The notes: a model not told the origin generated them from the sequence alone. DNA of 64,000 nt from Gammaproteobacteria bacterium (GCA_013152545.1 JAADGF010000099.1:9906-73905), one strand, 5' to 3'. Positions 21,460 to 32,625 are shown, numbered from the stretch's first letter. Numbers and translations: made by a program.

Positions 21460-22191
21460 TTAATCTACCATTGCGATGAGAACCATCGTTTCTGTTAATT
21501 CAATCAAAGCACCAATGGTATCACCGGTTGCTCCATCAATGCGTTTTACCATAAGATGACGAATTACGATAAAACTGGCAATAAGCACAAAAATAACACC
21601 CCATGCAGCGTTGCCAAGTAACAGAAAAACCGTTAGCAAACTAATAATAATAGATAACATTGAAGCACCAACCGGCACATGTGCGGCTATTTGACACCCC
21701 AAACCACCTTTTCTTACATAAGGTGTTGTCATTAATAACAATGGTACAGTGGCGCGGGATAATAACGGTGGAACAAGCAGATAAAGAAGATGACCAGACT
21801 GCAATATAGCGACTAAGGCGGAAAATTTCAGTATTAGCGTCAACGTAAGGATAACGACCGCCGCAGGCCCACATCGCGGGTCTTTCATTATTTGCAGCGT
21901 TTTGCCCTTATCATTGAAACCACCCGCCCACGCATCTGCGCTATCGGCAAGACCATCTAGGTGCATTCCCCCGGTAAGCAAAACCCAAATTGCCAACAGC
22001 ACTGCCGCATGCAACATTTCTTGTTCGCCTGGCAATAGCCAGGCGAACAAGAACATTACAGAACCGATCATCAACCCCACAATGGGGTAAAATACAACAG
22101 AGTTAGCAACGGAGCGTTCAGAAGGTCTTTCTGGTAAAGAAATGGGAATACGAGTAAGAAATTGCAGCGCAATCAGAAAAGGCTGCATCAT
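21460..22191 (-). CDS. cobS: Adenosylcobinamide-GDP ribazoletransferase (cobalamin synthase)
   Basis: ALQFLTRIP, TGGMHLDGLADSAD, IMKDPRCG and GATGDTIGA. Confidence 0.95.
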   Translation of the reverse strand: MMQPFLIALQFLTRIPISLPERPSERSVANSVVFYPIVGLMIGSVMFLFAWLLPGEQEMLHAAVLLAIWVLLTGGMHLDGLADSADAWAGGFNDKGKTLQIMKDPRCGPAAVVILTLTLILKFSALVAILQSGHLLYLLVPPLLSRATVPLLLMTTPYVRKGGLGCQIAAHVPVGASMLSIIISLLTVFLLLGNAAWGVIFVLIASFIVIRHLMVKRIDGATGDTIGALIELTETMVLIAMVD

Positions 22192-22784
22192 ACCGCTTTA
22201 AATAGTTTACCATTACAACAGTTAATCGTTACTTTTTGAGTCTCTAAGTTGACAATGTGCAATGACGCATAGGGAACCGCCAGTTTTAGCAAGTTTTCAA
22301 CAGGTCGTTGCAATAGATGGCTAAGAATGATGCGAATGACTCCCCCGTGGGTAACTACTAATACATTTTTTTCTGCGCTGCTCGACGCGATCCGCTGCCA
22401 CGCAGACAAAACACGTGACTGGAAACAGGCAAGTGATTCACCGCCAGGTGGGGTATTTGTTAATGGTGCCCGCCAAAACAAAGAAAGCGCATCAGGATCT
22501 TTCGCATAAATATCGGCACTGGTCTGCCCCTCCCATTCACCAAAACAAATTTCCCGTAACGCGGTGTCAACATCCATTGCGAGCGCATGTTTTTTGGCAT
22601 AATGCCGAGCAAATTCAGTACACCGGGCCTTAGGAGATGTAATTACTTTGCACCATTGACTATCTGTAGCCATCGTTTGCCACATTTGCTCAGTACCGAT
22701 TTGGCTCAACACGGTGTCCATACTACCACGAAAACACTCAACGCCATTCACTTGCCCATGGCGCAACAAACCGACACGACTCAT
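22188..22784 (-). CDS. cobC: Alpha-ribazole phosphatase (histidine phosphatase family)
   Basis: LLRHG, LREICFGEWEG, GGES and VTHGGVIR; lies between cobT and cobS with 4-bp overlaps. Confidence 0.85.
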   Translation of the reverse strand: MSRVGLLRHGQVNGVECFRGSMDTVLSQIGTEQMWQTMATDSQWCKVITSPKARCTEFARHYAKKHALAMDVDTALREICFGEWEGQTSADIYAKDPDALSLFWRAPLTNTPPGGESLACFQSRVLSAWQRIASSSAEKNVLVVTHGGVIRIILSHLLQRPVENLLKLAVPYASLHIVNLETQKVTINCCNGKLFKAV

Positions 22785-23842
22785 TCTTTTGGCCCCGAAA
22801 CCGCCGCCTCTCCGAAAGTGGCCATACCATTATGTAAATGACAAGCAAGACGAATAAGCGGAACGGCGGTCGCAGCACCGCTCCCTTCACCGAGACGCAT
22901 AGCTAACGCCAACAGTGGTTGCACACCCATGGCATTGAGTACGATTTGATGCCCCGGTTCTACCGATGCATGTGAGAAAATAAACCAATCAAGAACATCC
23001 ACACACAGATTACTGGCGCAAAGTGCTGCAACCGATGTAATGTAACCATCAATCAGCACTGGCAATCCCGCTTTGGCACAGCTTATATAGCTCCCCGTGA
23101 GTGCCGCAATTTCATAGCCGCCGACACAACGCAATGCATCCAATGGTGAACGAATATTAGCGATATGTAAATCCAGCGCCTGTTGGATTATCTTGCTTTT
23201 ATGCAAAATGCCTGCGGAATCTAGCCCGGTTCCGGGACCCGCCAAGGACTCAGCTGGCAACCCCAAAAGCGCACACGCTAGCGCCGAGGCTGACGTGGTA
23301 TTGCCGATGCCCATTTCGCCAGCCACGAATAACTGAGCACCACCCTGTAACGCCCTCTGCACGGCCTGTCGTCCGGCTTGCAGTGAACGCCCAAGTTGCT
23401 GCTCGTCCATAGCAGCCTGTTGTGTAAAATTAGCCGTACCAGCACCAATACGTAAATTGAAAACCTGCGGTAAAGGCTCCAGATCAGTCACCGTTCCCAG
23501 GTTAATGATTTCCAAAGACGCCGCTAGCGCCTTGGCCAGAACATTAATGGCGGCCCCACCTCGTGCAAAATTACGTATCATTTCGACAGTTACCGCCTGA
23601 GGAAAAGCGGATACAGCTTCTGCCGCCACACCGTGGTCTGCCGCAAATATACTAATGTGTATTTTGTCTGCCGTCGGCTCTTCAGTGCCTTGCATAGCAG
23701 CAAGATGAACCGCAATTTCTTCGAGCCGCCCAAGAGACCCAGGTGGTTTAGTCAGTTTTTGTTGTCGCTCAATAGCCGCTTGTCGTGCAACTTCATTCAA
23801 AGGAGCAACAGATACCTGTAACCATTCACTAAGACTGTGCAC
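22781..23842 (-). CDS. cobT: Nicotinate-nucleotide--dimethylbenzimidazole phosphoribosyltransferase
   Basis: LTKPPGSLGRLE, AADHGV, GEMGIGNTT and MRLGEGSGA. Confidence 0.96.
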   Translation of the reverse strand: MHSLSEWLQVSVAPLNEVARQAAIERQQKLTKPPGSLGRLEEIAVHLAAMQGTEEPTADKIHISIFAADHGVAAEAVSAFPQAVTVEMIRNFARGGAAINVLAKALAASLEIINLGTVTDLEPLPQVFNLRIGAGTANFTQQAAMDEQQLGRSLQAGRQAVQRALQGGAQLFVAGEMGIGNTTSASALACALLGLPAESLAGPGTGLDSAGILHKSKIIQQALDLHIANIRSPLDALRCVGGYEIAALTGSYISCAKAGLPVLIDGYITSVAALCASNLCVDVLDWFIFSHASVEPGHQIVLNAMGVQPLLALAMRLGEGSGAATAVPLIRLACHLHNGMATFGEAAVSGPKE

Positions 23843-24170
23843 AACAATCTTCCCTTAACATGTAACTTATTATGAAGCTTATGTGATTTATAAAACTTAA
23901 TATTGCTGTAATAATTATTGTTGCAATAACCCTGTAACAGCTCAACATCATTTATGGAACCTAACAAGTAACGACTGAGGCTGCCTTATAATTCTATTGA
24001 AAATACACCTGCTTGAAAACATAAAAAATCGAGGCGAATTAAACGCTAAATCAAGCCTTTAATCAAGTGATTTTTTATTCTCTAATCGCTTGTGGAAATT
24101 TTCAATACCCGAGGCATTTAGGGTTTTGGCATCCTTACACGCTCAAATCATTCCAGGGCGACGGAAAAAG

Positions 24171-24192
24171 TTAGGAACGTGCATATTCCTTA
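24171..24192. repeat. Palindromic repeat, copy 2 (TTAGGAACGTGCATATTCCTTA)
   Basis: Contains the stop codon of the TraB/GumN gene. Confidence 0.7.
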
Positions 24193-25062
24193 TAACTGCT
24201 TCACCGTATACCCTGATTTTTTTAACAATGCAATAATACCCTGTTCACCCACCATGTGTCCTGCGCCAATCACAACAAAATAGTTGTTTTTTGTATTCAA
24301 ATATTGCTTGATTTTTTTCACCATTTTAATATTCCGATCAGTAAATAACGCCTTAAAAAGTGGCTTAAACAAAGGGTTATCGTTTAGTGGCTCTTCCAGT
24401 ACGAGCTTATGCATTTTTGTCACATTGCCGGTTTTCCAAGCATCAATCAGTGTCGCCATAACACTTTCCGCCTCAGATAGCGATGTTAATGAATAACGTA
24501 AAAACAGGTCATCGTCAGTAATATTCAATAATAAATTTAATTGTTCTACACCACTTTCCAACTGTAAAATTGCTTTATTGTTGGCTTGCGCTTTATTTAT
24601 AAAATACCGGTCAATCCCACGCTCGGCTGAAAAACCCAATTGTGTCATTCGCGTAATAGTCAGTGTCAGTGCCGCCATCGTAGGCCGCATTTTAGCAATG
24701 GAAAAATATGCAAGCGAATATTTTTTTAGAAAAGCCTGAAGCAATGATCGCGTTTTTTTGTCCAAATTATCGTAGAGCGTCTCATCTCCTGAGTACACTC
24801 CTTTTGTTAGTAATATTTTTTGTATTTTAACTTGATTAGATTTTAATTCATTGACTTCCACCACCAACGTGTCTGCGATTTCAAATGCTTGTTCAATTGA
24901 AGAATTCAGAGGGTACATTGAGGCTTTAGCCATATGGATAGAGCCATATAAATAAATCACTGCCTTGCTATTTTTTACTTCCCACAAAAATGACTTCGCT
25001 TGCACTGAAATGCAACCAACAGTGAACAGCAGAATCGTAATACACGATATCAGTGACTTCAT
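24190..25062 (-). CDS. TraB/GumN family protein
   Basis: Signal peptide; LWEV, YLYGSIH, GID, LES..EQ, DRNIKM and VIGAGHM. Confidence 0.9.
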   Translation of the reverse strand: MKSLISCITILLFTVGCISVQAKSFLWEVKNSKAVIYLYGSIHMAKASMYPLNSSIEQAFEIADTLVVEVNELKSNQVKIQKILLTKGVYSGDETLYDNLDKKTRSLLQAFLKKYSLAYFSIAKMRPTMAALTLTITRMTQLGFSAERGIDRYFINKAQANNKAILQLESGVEQLNLLLNITDDDLFLRYSLTSLSEAESVMATLIDAWKTGNVTKMHKLVLEEPLNDNPLFKPLFKALFTDRNIKMVKKIKQYLNTKNNYFVVIGAGHMVGEQGIIALLKKSGYTVKQL

Positions 25063-25085
25063 GGTGCTATTATTCTTCCAAGTAA

Positions 25086-25248
25086 TATATCCATAGCGCT
25101 TGAGATTTAGGTGTTAAGTGTGCGTCCTTATTCATTTCATGGCAAGGCGAAATGACGAGTAATAGCGGGCTACTGCGAAGAGTTTCAACGCCTCCATGGA
25201 ATGAAGAGGGCGTGCAATGACACCTAAACCTTAATCGCCACGGACATA
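25086..25248. mobile_element. ERIC-like MITE, full copy
   Basis: Imperfect terminal inverted repeats TATATCCATAGCGCTTGAGATTTAGGTGT...ACACCTAAACCTTAATCGCCACGGACATA with a palindromic interior. Confidence 0.8.
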
Positions 25249-25692
25249 ATACTGTCATTACTTTAGCTTTAAACGGCTAGCTTTGGATTGCTTAAAAACA
25301 TGCTCGTAATCTCTCCTATATATCTTATAGGTATCACGAAAGTTCTGACACGAGAGTTTGAAAAGAATGCTGGGGTTTTATAGCAACATTTCTCCGTTAA
25401 CGCCAGAGGAAATCTCTCTCCTGGCCCCGCCAGGGCAATGTTTAATGACATAGAATTTGACGATAACCAATTGACAACAATAAAGAAAAACCACTTACTT
25501 GTGTTTTTTTGAAAAACAAGACAGTGTCGTACATTCACTCATTGCAAGTATGGAGTAGAAATCGAAGATAACTCATAAAGACAAAGCTAAACCATCAGGA
25601 AAATTATATCGAGCCATTCCTTATTCACCACAGAGCACTGACAATAAAGTATGTGGCGTAGTTATTCTGCCACCTCTGATTAGGCTAACAAA

Positions 25693-27804
25693 TCAATGGA
25701 CAGGCATCCGCCATGGTTTATTTTGTTTGTAAGTTTCAAGCCGCATTTGGAAAACTTTTAACCGTTCCGCCTGATCCGATGGCCTTAATTGTTTAATCGC
25801 TTTTAATTGTACTTTGATCGCTTTTTCAAACACGCCAATCTCAGCGTACCCTGCTGCTAGGGTATCCAGTAAACCAACTTCATTTTCACTGCTTTGCAAC
25901 AGTTTTTCAACAATGTGAATCGCTCTATTTCCATCACGAAGCTCCTTAATGGGAACAGTGGCCAAGCTCCAAGCTAAATTATTAAGTGCTTCTTTATAGC
26001 CCTGGTCAGACGCAATGGAAAACCACTTAATGGCCTGCTGGTAGTCCCGTTTTACACCTCGTCCCGTGGTATACAAATACCCAAGATTATCCGCAGATGG
26101 TGCATAACCATGATCAGCTGCTCTCTTGTACCATGTGGCGGCCAAGCTTTCATCACTGACAACGCCAGTGCCGTTTTCATACATCTGACCGAGATAATGT
26201 TGTGCCGCTGCCACTCCTTGCTCAGCCGATCTGCCAAGCCATTTTAATGCTTCCGCAATACTGAGATTAACGCCCTCACCAGTTTGATACAACAACCCCA
26301 AATAATATTGACTATAGGCATGATTGTTTTGTGCTGCACGTTGTAACCAATAACTGGCTTTTTCAATATCTTCTCTGATTTGTTGGTTAGCAATATACAT
26401 ACGGGCTACTTTATACTGTGATTCGGTATGGTTTAGTTGTGCTGCCTGTTCGAAGAAATGGAATGCCAATTGTGCATCTTCAGGTACGCCACGCCCCCCT
26501 TCATAAAGTTGGCCTAATATATAAAGAGCTGTTTTGTCACCAGAGTTTGCGGCACGGATCACCCACTGGGCGCCCAATGCCTCATTCTTTTTTACGCCGC
26601 TTCCATTCAGGTACAATATACCTAAACTGTACTGTGCCAAAGAAAAATTACGCTCGGCTGCTAATTGATACCAAGTGGCAGCGGCCGAATAATTTTGAGG
26701 CACACCGCGACCGAATTCATACATTAAGCCTAAAGCAGCTTGCGCGTCGGCAAGTCCTTGATTTGCCGCTAAGCGATACCAATCAAATGCTTTAGAATCA
26801 TCTGCCTTTACGCCACGGCCCGTCGCATAACTTTCGCCCAAATTATACTGGCCAATTGCATCACCTTGACGAGCGGCTTTTTCATACCAGCTTAGTGCTG
26901 TTTGCAAATTTTCCTCCACACCATAACCCCGCGCATACATAACACCAAGATTGGATTGCGCTGGAGCATAGTGATTCGCTGCTGCCCGGTTATACCAGGC
27001 GAGCGATTCTGAAAAATCTCTTTCTACAATTTTACCTTTTTGATAAATAACACCTAAGCTGTATTGAGCTTGTGGAAAATTTTGTTTTGCTGCCTGTTGA
27101 AACCAATATATCGACAGCTCGCTGTTTTGTTCTATAGCACCACCATTAAGATAATATTCTGCCACAATTGTTTGTGCTGCGGGGAATCCAGATGAAGCTG
27201 CTTTCAGAAACCAACTGAAAGCTTCTTTTTCATCCAAAGGAACACCGCGCCCATTCGCATATTTAATACCCATTTGAAATTGGGCATTGGGTAAACCTTG
27301 ATTCGCTGCCTTTTTCGTCCAATAAGCGGACTCTTCCTGGTCTTGCGGCAAGGCGATACCAGTGGAATAAATGATACCCAGATTATTCTGCGCCTCCGCA
27401 TAATCGTATTTTGCCGCTTGCCGATACCAACGAATAGCTTTGATAATGTCTTTATCGACTCCCTGTCCCATCTCATACATGTGTGCAATATTAAACTGGG
27501 CTATCACGTTACCATTGCTTGCTAACGGTAACCATAGCTTATAGGCAGTCTCATAGTCGCTAATATCATAGGCTTCCAACGCCCCATTGTAGATCGCAAT
27601 GTCATGGTCATAAAAAGGCAGCGTTCTCAGCTTTGGTGATTCACCCGTTTGCGAAACAGGTGGCACCGTGGATTGTGAAATAAAGTTATTTTGCTGTGGG
27701 ATATTCGAAGCACAACCTAAACTAACAACAACAGGAATGACGGCTACCCACTTTGAAACACTTCGTATTTTAGCAATATGAGTAAAAAGCATAGTTACAA
27801 CCAA
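25693..27804 (-). CDS. Sel1-repeat (SLR/TPR) protein, probable lipoprotein
   Basis: Many AQxxLGxxYxxGxGVxxDxxxAxxWYxxAAxQG repeats; SLGC lipobox; TPR-like C-terminus. Confidence 0.92.
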   Translation of the reverse strand: MVVTMLFTHIAKIRSVSKWVAVIPVVVSLGCASNIPQQNNFISQSTVPPVSQTGESPKLRTLPFYDHDIAIYNGALEAYDISDYETAYKLWLPLASNGNVIAQFNIAHMYEMGQGVDKDIIKAIRWYRQAAKYDYAEAQNNLGIIYSTGIALPQDQEESAYWTKKAANQGLPNAQFQMGIKYANGRGVPLDEKEAFSWFLKAASSGFPAAQTIVAEYYLNGGAIEQNSELSIYWFQQAAKQNFPQAQYSLGVIYQKGKIVERDFSESLAWYNRAAANHYAPAQSNLGVMYARGYGVEENLQTALSWYEKAARQGDAIGQYNLGESYATGRGVKADDSKAFDWYRLAANQGLADAQAALGLMYEFGRGVPQNYSAAATWYQLAAERNFSLAQYSLGILYLNGSGVKKNEALGAQWVIRAANSGDKTALYILGQLYEGGRGVPEDAQLAFHFFEQAAQLNHTESQYKVARMYIANQQIREDIEKASYWLQRAAQNNHAYSQYYLGLLYQTGEGVNLSIAEALKWLGRSAEQGVAAAQHYLGQMYENGTGVVSDESLAATWYKRAADHGYAPSADNLGYLYTTGRGVKRDYQQAIKWFSIASDQGYKEALNNLAWSLATVPIKELRDGNRAIHIVEKLLQSSENEVGLLDTLAAGYAEIGVFEKAIKVQLKAIKQLRPSDQAERLKVFQMRLETYKQNKPWRMPVH

Positions 27805-28302
27805 AACAGTAATAGTAAATGACGATGTATTTTTAAATGTAGAATTTTACTGTATCACAAAAAGCTGACTAATAAATAGCTAGTTCAATAACTTTATTAA
27901 ACTCATAAGTTATTGTTTTTTGTAGCAGATATATAAGTTCGCGACATAAAATTTGTTTTTTATACTATTTTGTGGAGTTTACTATTGCAGAACGAATGTA
28001 CTTCGTTTTATCCTAGGGTAATGGCGTAATAGAGTCTGCCATTCGCCTTCCGTTTTTTATGTCATTTCAAATAAACCCTAGTACTTTAATTACGCCGTAA
28101 AAATCACGCGATTTCTGGCACACAATGAAACCAAGGTAGGGGGTGCAACTGACCCAACAACGTAACATCGTTTATTACCCAATGGTTTTTAACATGTAAC
28201 ATTTAGCGCTAACAAGACACTGATAACTGACAACTTGTTTCGCGCCTCAAGCATTGGGCATTACGCCGTGCTTTAAACCCAGTTAATAGAACTCATTAAA
28301 GG

Positions 28303-29457
28303 ATGTTACTTATGTCAAGATTTTGGTCATCAAATCACTGGCATTACCAAGCACTGAGAATAACCCTGATATCAGCTACTGCGTATTTTCTAATGTTTCA
28401 TGCAGTTGGGTTTAGCGATAACGCACAATATGAATGGCCCAAAACAGATTTTTCACGTTCACTGGTGGATTTGCAGGAAATTATATCCGGCGGCCCCCCC
28501 AAGGATGGTATCCCTGCGATTGACAAACCAACATTTATCACTGCAAATCAGGCGGGGAAGTGGTTGGATGACCGTGAGCCTGTCATTGTTGTCGAATTGG
28601 CAGGAAAAACCCGTGCCTACCCACTACAGATATTAATGTATCATGAAATCGTTAATGACGACCTGGCTGGCATTCCTATCAGTGTCACATTTTGCCCACT
28701 CTGTAACGCATCGATTGTGTTTGAGCGCCGTGTTAACGGTAATACATTGGATTTTGGTACCACTGGACGGTTACGAAAAAGTGATATGGTGATGTATGAC
28801 CGACAAACAGAAAGCTGGTGGCAACAGTTTACAGGTACTGCTATTGTTGGCAAATATACGGGCACTGAATTAAAGCAACTCCCCTCCAGCATTGTCGCCT
28901 TCAGTGATTTCCGGCAAAACTATCCCTTGGGAAAAATACTCTCACGCGACACCGGATACTCCCGACCTTACGGCAATAATCCGTATCGAGGCTATGATGA
29001 CATTAACGACCGTCCTTTTTTATTCAGTGATAAACTGGACCCACGCCTCCCACCCATGGAACGAGTCATCGGGATAATGGTCGGAAATAAGAGCAAAATT
29101 TACCCTTACGCCATTATTGAATCAAAATCAATTATTAACGATCATTTTCAGGAAATTCCCCTTGTCATATTCAGTACACCTGGCATGCTGTCGGTACTTG
29201 ATGACGAGATCATCAAAAATTCTAAAACAATTCCATCAGCAAAAGCCTATCGCCGTGAACTTAATGGAAAAATATTAACGTTTCGAATCACTGGCAACAC
29301 CAAAATCATTGACAATCAAACCCAGTCTGTCTGGAATATTTTTGGGCAAGCCGTGGCAGGAAAACTAAAAGGTGAGCGACTGACATCAATTGATAGTGGC
29401 GTACATTTCGCCTTTGCCTGGCTTGCTTTCAGACCAAACACTGAAGTTTACGATTAA
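28303..29457 (+). CDS. DUF3179 family protein
   Basis: GGPPKDGIPAID, RAYP, HEIVND, TFCPLC, FGTTG, MYDRQTESWWQQ and FAWLAFRP. Confidence 0.88.
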   Translation: MLLMSRFWSSNHWHYQALRITLISATAYFLMFHAVGFSDNAQYEWPKTDFSRSLVDLQEIISGGPPKDGIPAIDKPTFITANQAGKWLDDREPVIVVELAGKTRAYPLQILMYHEIVNDDLAGIPISVTFCPLCNASIVFERRVNGNTLDFGTTGRLRKSDMVMYDRQTESWWQQFTGTAIVGKYTGTELKQLPSSIVAFSDFRQNYPLGKILSRDTGYSRPYGNNPYRGYDDINDRPFLFSDKLDPRLPPMERVIGIMVGNKSKIYPYAIIESKSIINDHFQEIPLVIFSTPGMLSVLDDEIIKNSKTIPSAKAYRRELNGKILTFRITGNTKIIDNQTQSVWNIFGQAVAGKLKGERLTSIDSGVHFAFAWLAFRPNTEVYD

Positions 29458-29640
29458 CACGAAGGAATTATAGTTTTAGGTTTTAAGTATATTTACCCCG
29501 TTAAATGTCCAACGGAGCATTTACTTCATACCCATTTCGCCGCTAAATAATCTGCACGACCCTACAAGACTCTGGGTTGCGTAATAACCTGTTACATAAC
29601 ACGTGAGTTATATAACAATAAAAACTTGAACCGGGTCGGC

Positions 29641-29671
29641 GTGAAGTACGGTTTACATAACCGTACTTCAC
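29641..29671. terminator. Hairpin between convergent genes (probable terminator)
   Basis: GTGAAGTACGGTT-tacat-AACCGTACTTCAC, 40 bp past the catalase stop. Confidence 0.65.
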
Positions 29672-29710
29672 TGGATAAACACGACCCAACTAACCAGGTA
29701 AGAAGCGGCA

Positions 29711-31174
29711 TTAAGTCCGCTCGTTAATCGCAGTCTGCACTTTCTTGGCATAATCAGGATCAGCCTTAGAGAACTGTTCAAGCATATCAGCCTGCACCGA
29801 CGCAGTTGCCTGCGCCAAGCCATCCGCAATATTGCTGGTCAACTGCTGTTTTTGCTCATCACTCATCAGTCGAAACAAATTGCCAGCTTGAGTATAGTGA
29901 TCCTCAGCCGAGGTATCGTGGGCTTTTACCCATGCCTCCCCCAACAGCGGTAACGGCGGTGCCGCCAATTCCGGGGCTGGAACAGGTGAACCCTGGTCAG
30001 CTCGGTCGTTAGGATAAAAATTAACACTGCTATCCTGGTTAATATCACCCCCCTGCATAGGACACATTCCAGCCATTGCGCCATCACGCTGGTAATGATG
30101 CACTGGGCATTTAGCAGCATTCACTGGTAATTGGCTAGCGTTGGCACCAATGCGATAGCGATGAGCATCCTGATAAGCAAGCAATCGCGCTTGCAGCATT
30201 TTATCCGGAGATGCGCCAATACCTGGCACCAGATTACTTGGCGCAAACGCCGCCTGTTCAGTTTCCGCAAAGTAATTTTCAACATTACGATTCAATTCAA
30301 GTTGACCAATCTCAAATACCGGAAAATCACTCTGCGGCCAAATTTTGGTTAAGTCAAAGGGGTTGGTTTCAGCATCCTGTGCTTGCGTCTGCGTCATAAT
30401 CTGTAACTTCACCGTCCAGCTTGGATACTCGCCCCGGTCGATGGCCTCAACCAAGTCCTGCTGTGCCCCATGAGGTGGTAATTTTGCTGCCTCTGCGTTA
30501 CTCAAACATTGAATCCCCTGGTTGCTTTTAATATGCCATTTCACCCAGAATCGTTCTCCTTGGGCGTTCCAAAAACTCAAGGCATGAGAACCAAAGCCGT
30601 GCATATGACGATACGAAGACGGTATGCCCCTATCCGACATTAATATGGTCATTTGGTGTAAGGATTGAGGATGATTTGCCCAAAATTCAAACATTCGTGC
30701 AGGATCGGGAAGATTCGTTTTCGGGTTTTTTTTCTGCGAATGAATGAAATCCGGAAACTTGCTGGGGTCACTGAGGAAAAATACCGGGGTGTTATTACCG
30801 ACCAGATCAAAATTACCCTGTTCAGTATAAAATTTAATGGCGAATCCACGCGGGTCCCTGGCATAATCGCTGGAGTCCTGCCCACCACCGACGGTGGAAA
30901 ATCGAACAAATACAGCGGTTTTTTGACCCTCTTGTTGCAAAAATTGCGCAATTGTATGGTCTTTTAAGCTTTTACTGAGTGTAAACGTGCCGTAGGCACC
31001 TGTTCCCCGTGCGTGTACCACCCGCTCCGGTATTCGCTCACGATTAAAATGTGCCAGCTTCTCAAACACTTGATGATTATCAAACGTCAATGGCCCACGC
31101 TCCCCAGCACTAATGCTATTGTTATCATCAACAATAGGGGCGCCAGCCGAAGTGGTCAGTATCTTCTTGCTCAT
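29711..31174 (-). CDS. katA: Monofunctional heme catalase (small subunit)
   Basis: FNRERIPERVVHARG, RDPRGFA, VGNNTPVFF and proximal RLLAYQDAHRYR. Confidence 0.96.
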   Translation of the reverse strand: MSKKILTTSAGAPIVDDNNSISAGERGPLTFDNHQVFEKLAHFNRERIPERVVHARGTGAYGTFTLSKSLKDHTIAQFLQQEGQKTAVFVRFSTVGGGQDSSDYARDPRGFAIKFYTEQGNFDLVGNNTPVFFLSDPSKFPDFIHSQKKNPKTNLPDPARMFEFWANHPQSLHQMTILMSDRGIPSSYRHMHGFGSHALSFWNAQGERFWVKWHIKSNQGIQCLSNAEAAKLPPHGAQQDLVEAIDRGEYPSWTVKLQIMTQTQAQDAETNPFDLTKIWPQSDFPVFEIGQLELNRNVENYFAETEQAAFAPSNLVPGIGASPDKMLQARLLAYQDAHRYRIGANASQLPVNAAKCPVHHYQRDGAMAGMCPMQGGDINQDSSVNFYPNDRADQGSPVPAPELAAPPLPLLGEAWVKAHDTSAEDHYTQAGNLFRLMSDEQKQQLTSNIADGLAQATASVQADMLEQFSKADPDYAKKVQTAINERT

Positions 31175-31288
31175 GGGGTTTCACTCCTCTTGTAAGTAAA
31201 CACCGACAGAATATTTGTGCAACGCTATCACCAACATTGCTCTGCCAGTTTATACTTATAAGATAGGAGCAATTAATGAATTAATATA

Positions 31289-31325
31289 ATTAATTATAAC
31301 TAAAAACTTAATAGTAATTTTCTAT
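31289..31325. promoter_or_regulatory. Putative OxyR binding site
   Basis: ATTA-N7-CTAA-N7-ATAG-N7-CTAT versus consensus ATAG-N7-CTAT-N7-ATAG-N7-CTAT; about 115 bp upstream of catalase. Confidence 0.6.
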
Positions 31326-31505
31326 CAATACAATTACCTTGCCGGCATCGTTAACCTTGAACACATCAGTTGAACCGTAATGAAGACAACTAAAAAGCTA
31401 AAAATAAACGATTTTTTTCAGATATTTCACATATGTTCGAAAAAATTCCGTATTAATAGTAGTGCATTTAGCATTCGTGGTAGCTTCAACTGCTGTATTT
31501 GAATT

Positions 31506-32528
31506 ATGGCAACAAACCCGAATACCATTAAGAAGAACATGGCTTCAAAAAGATTGACCACCGACGCAAAACTTGATGCACTCCGAACACTGATTGACCG
31601 TGGACGCAACGTCAATAGCGACAATAAAGAACTCATCTCAGCGCTGAACAAAGCACTTAATGATAAAAGTAATTTTTTAGCCGCAAAAGCCGCTGACTGG
31701 ATTGCTGAATACCTGCTTTACGATATGGTCTCTGCTCTTTGCAGCGCATATAACCGATTTTTACAAAAACCATTAAAAACTGATAAAACCTGTGCCGCTA
31801 AAAGAGCAATATCACGGGCGTTGTATACATTGGACTATGATGAAAAAAACTTTTATTATCTCGGTTTACGCTATCGACAAATGGAACCGGTGTATGGTGG
31901 TCGAGTGGACACCGCTGTGGAACTACGCTGTACTTGCGCGCTGGGACTCGTGGCTTCCGGAGACTCACGCGTAATGCTTGATATTATAGACTTATTACAC
32001 GATGACGAACATCAAGCCAGAATAGGCGCGATAAAGGCTATTGCTCTGGCTCAACCTTTTCATGCAGAATTACTCCTGCGTAATAAGATTCTACAAGGTG
32101 ATCCAGAACCGGAAGTAATAAACGCTGGTTTTATTGCACTGGTGCAAGTCGCTGCCGAGGACTCCCTTGAGTTTTTAACACGTTTTCTCGATTTCGCCAT
32201 ACCGAGTATGGGCGAAGCAGCTGCGTTAGCCTTGGGGGAAAGTCGACTTGATGATGCGCTGGCACTGCTGACCACGGCCAGTGAAAAATTCTCACCCCAC
32301 CACACTTTTCAAGTGGTGCTTTATCGCGCCATTGCGTTACAACGAAACGAAAAAGCCTATAATTACCTACTTAGTATTATTCAACAACAAGATACAAAAC
32401 CGGCCTGCGAAGCCATTAGCGCCTTATCCATTTTTAATTATAACAACGAGTTGAAAAACAAAATACAGGCGATTGTCAAACAAAAATCTTCTAAAAAATT
32501 AGCAGCCTATTTTAAAAAATACTGGTGA
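31506..32528 (+). CDS. HEAT-repeat / ARM-like helical protein
   Basis: Repeated LxDxxxxxRxxAxxAL patterns (LLHDDEHQARIGAIKAI, GDPEPEV, EAAALALGESR). Confidence 0.75.
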   Translation: MATNPNTIKKNMASKRLTTDAKLDALRTLIDRGRNVNSDNKELISALNKALNDKSNFLAAKAADWIAEYLLYDMVSALCSAYNRFLQKPLKTDKTCAAKRAISRALYTLDYDEKNFYYLGLRYRQMEPVYGGRVDTAVELRCTCALGLVASGDSRVMLDIIDLLHDDEHQARIGAIKAIALAQPFHAELLLRNKILQGDPEPEVINAGFIALVQVAAEDSLEFLTRFLDFAIPSMGEAAALALGESRLDDALALLTTASEKFSPHHTFQVVLYRAIALQRNEKAYNYLLSIIQQQDTKPACEAISALSIFNYNNELKNKIQAIVKQKSSKKLAAYFKKYW

Positions 32529-32625
32529 CACACTTAAAAACCCAAGACAACAACTCCATGGCTGGGAAAGTAGAACCTGAGTCTAGAACAGAAACCAAAA
32601 GCGGCAAAATCCTAAAAATTAATTA

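Noticed and set aside
25070..25258. 62-aa ORF
   Set aside because: Lies almost entirely within a MITE copy.
28303..29457. DUF3179 protein as a selenoprotein
   Set aside because: The motif is CPLC with ordinary Cys codons and there is no in-frame TGA.
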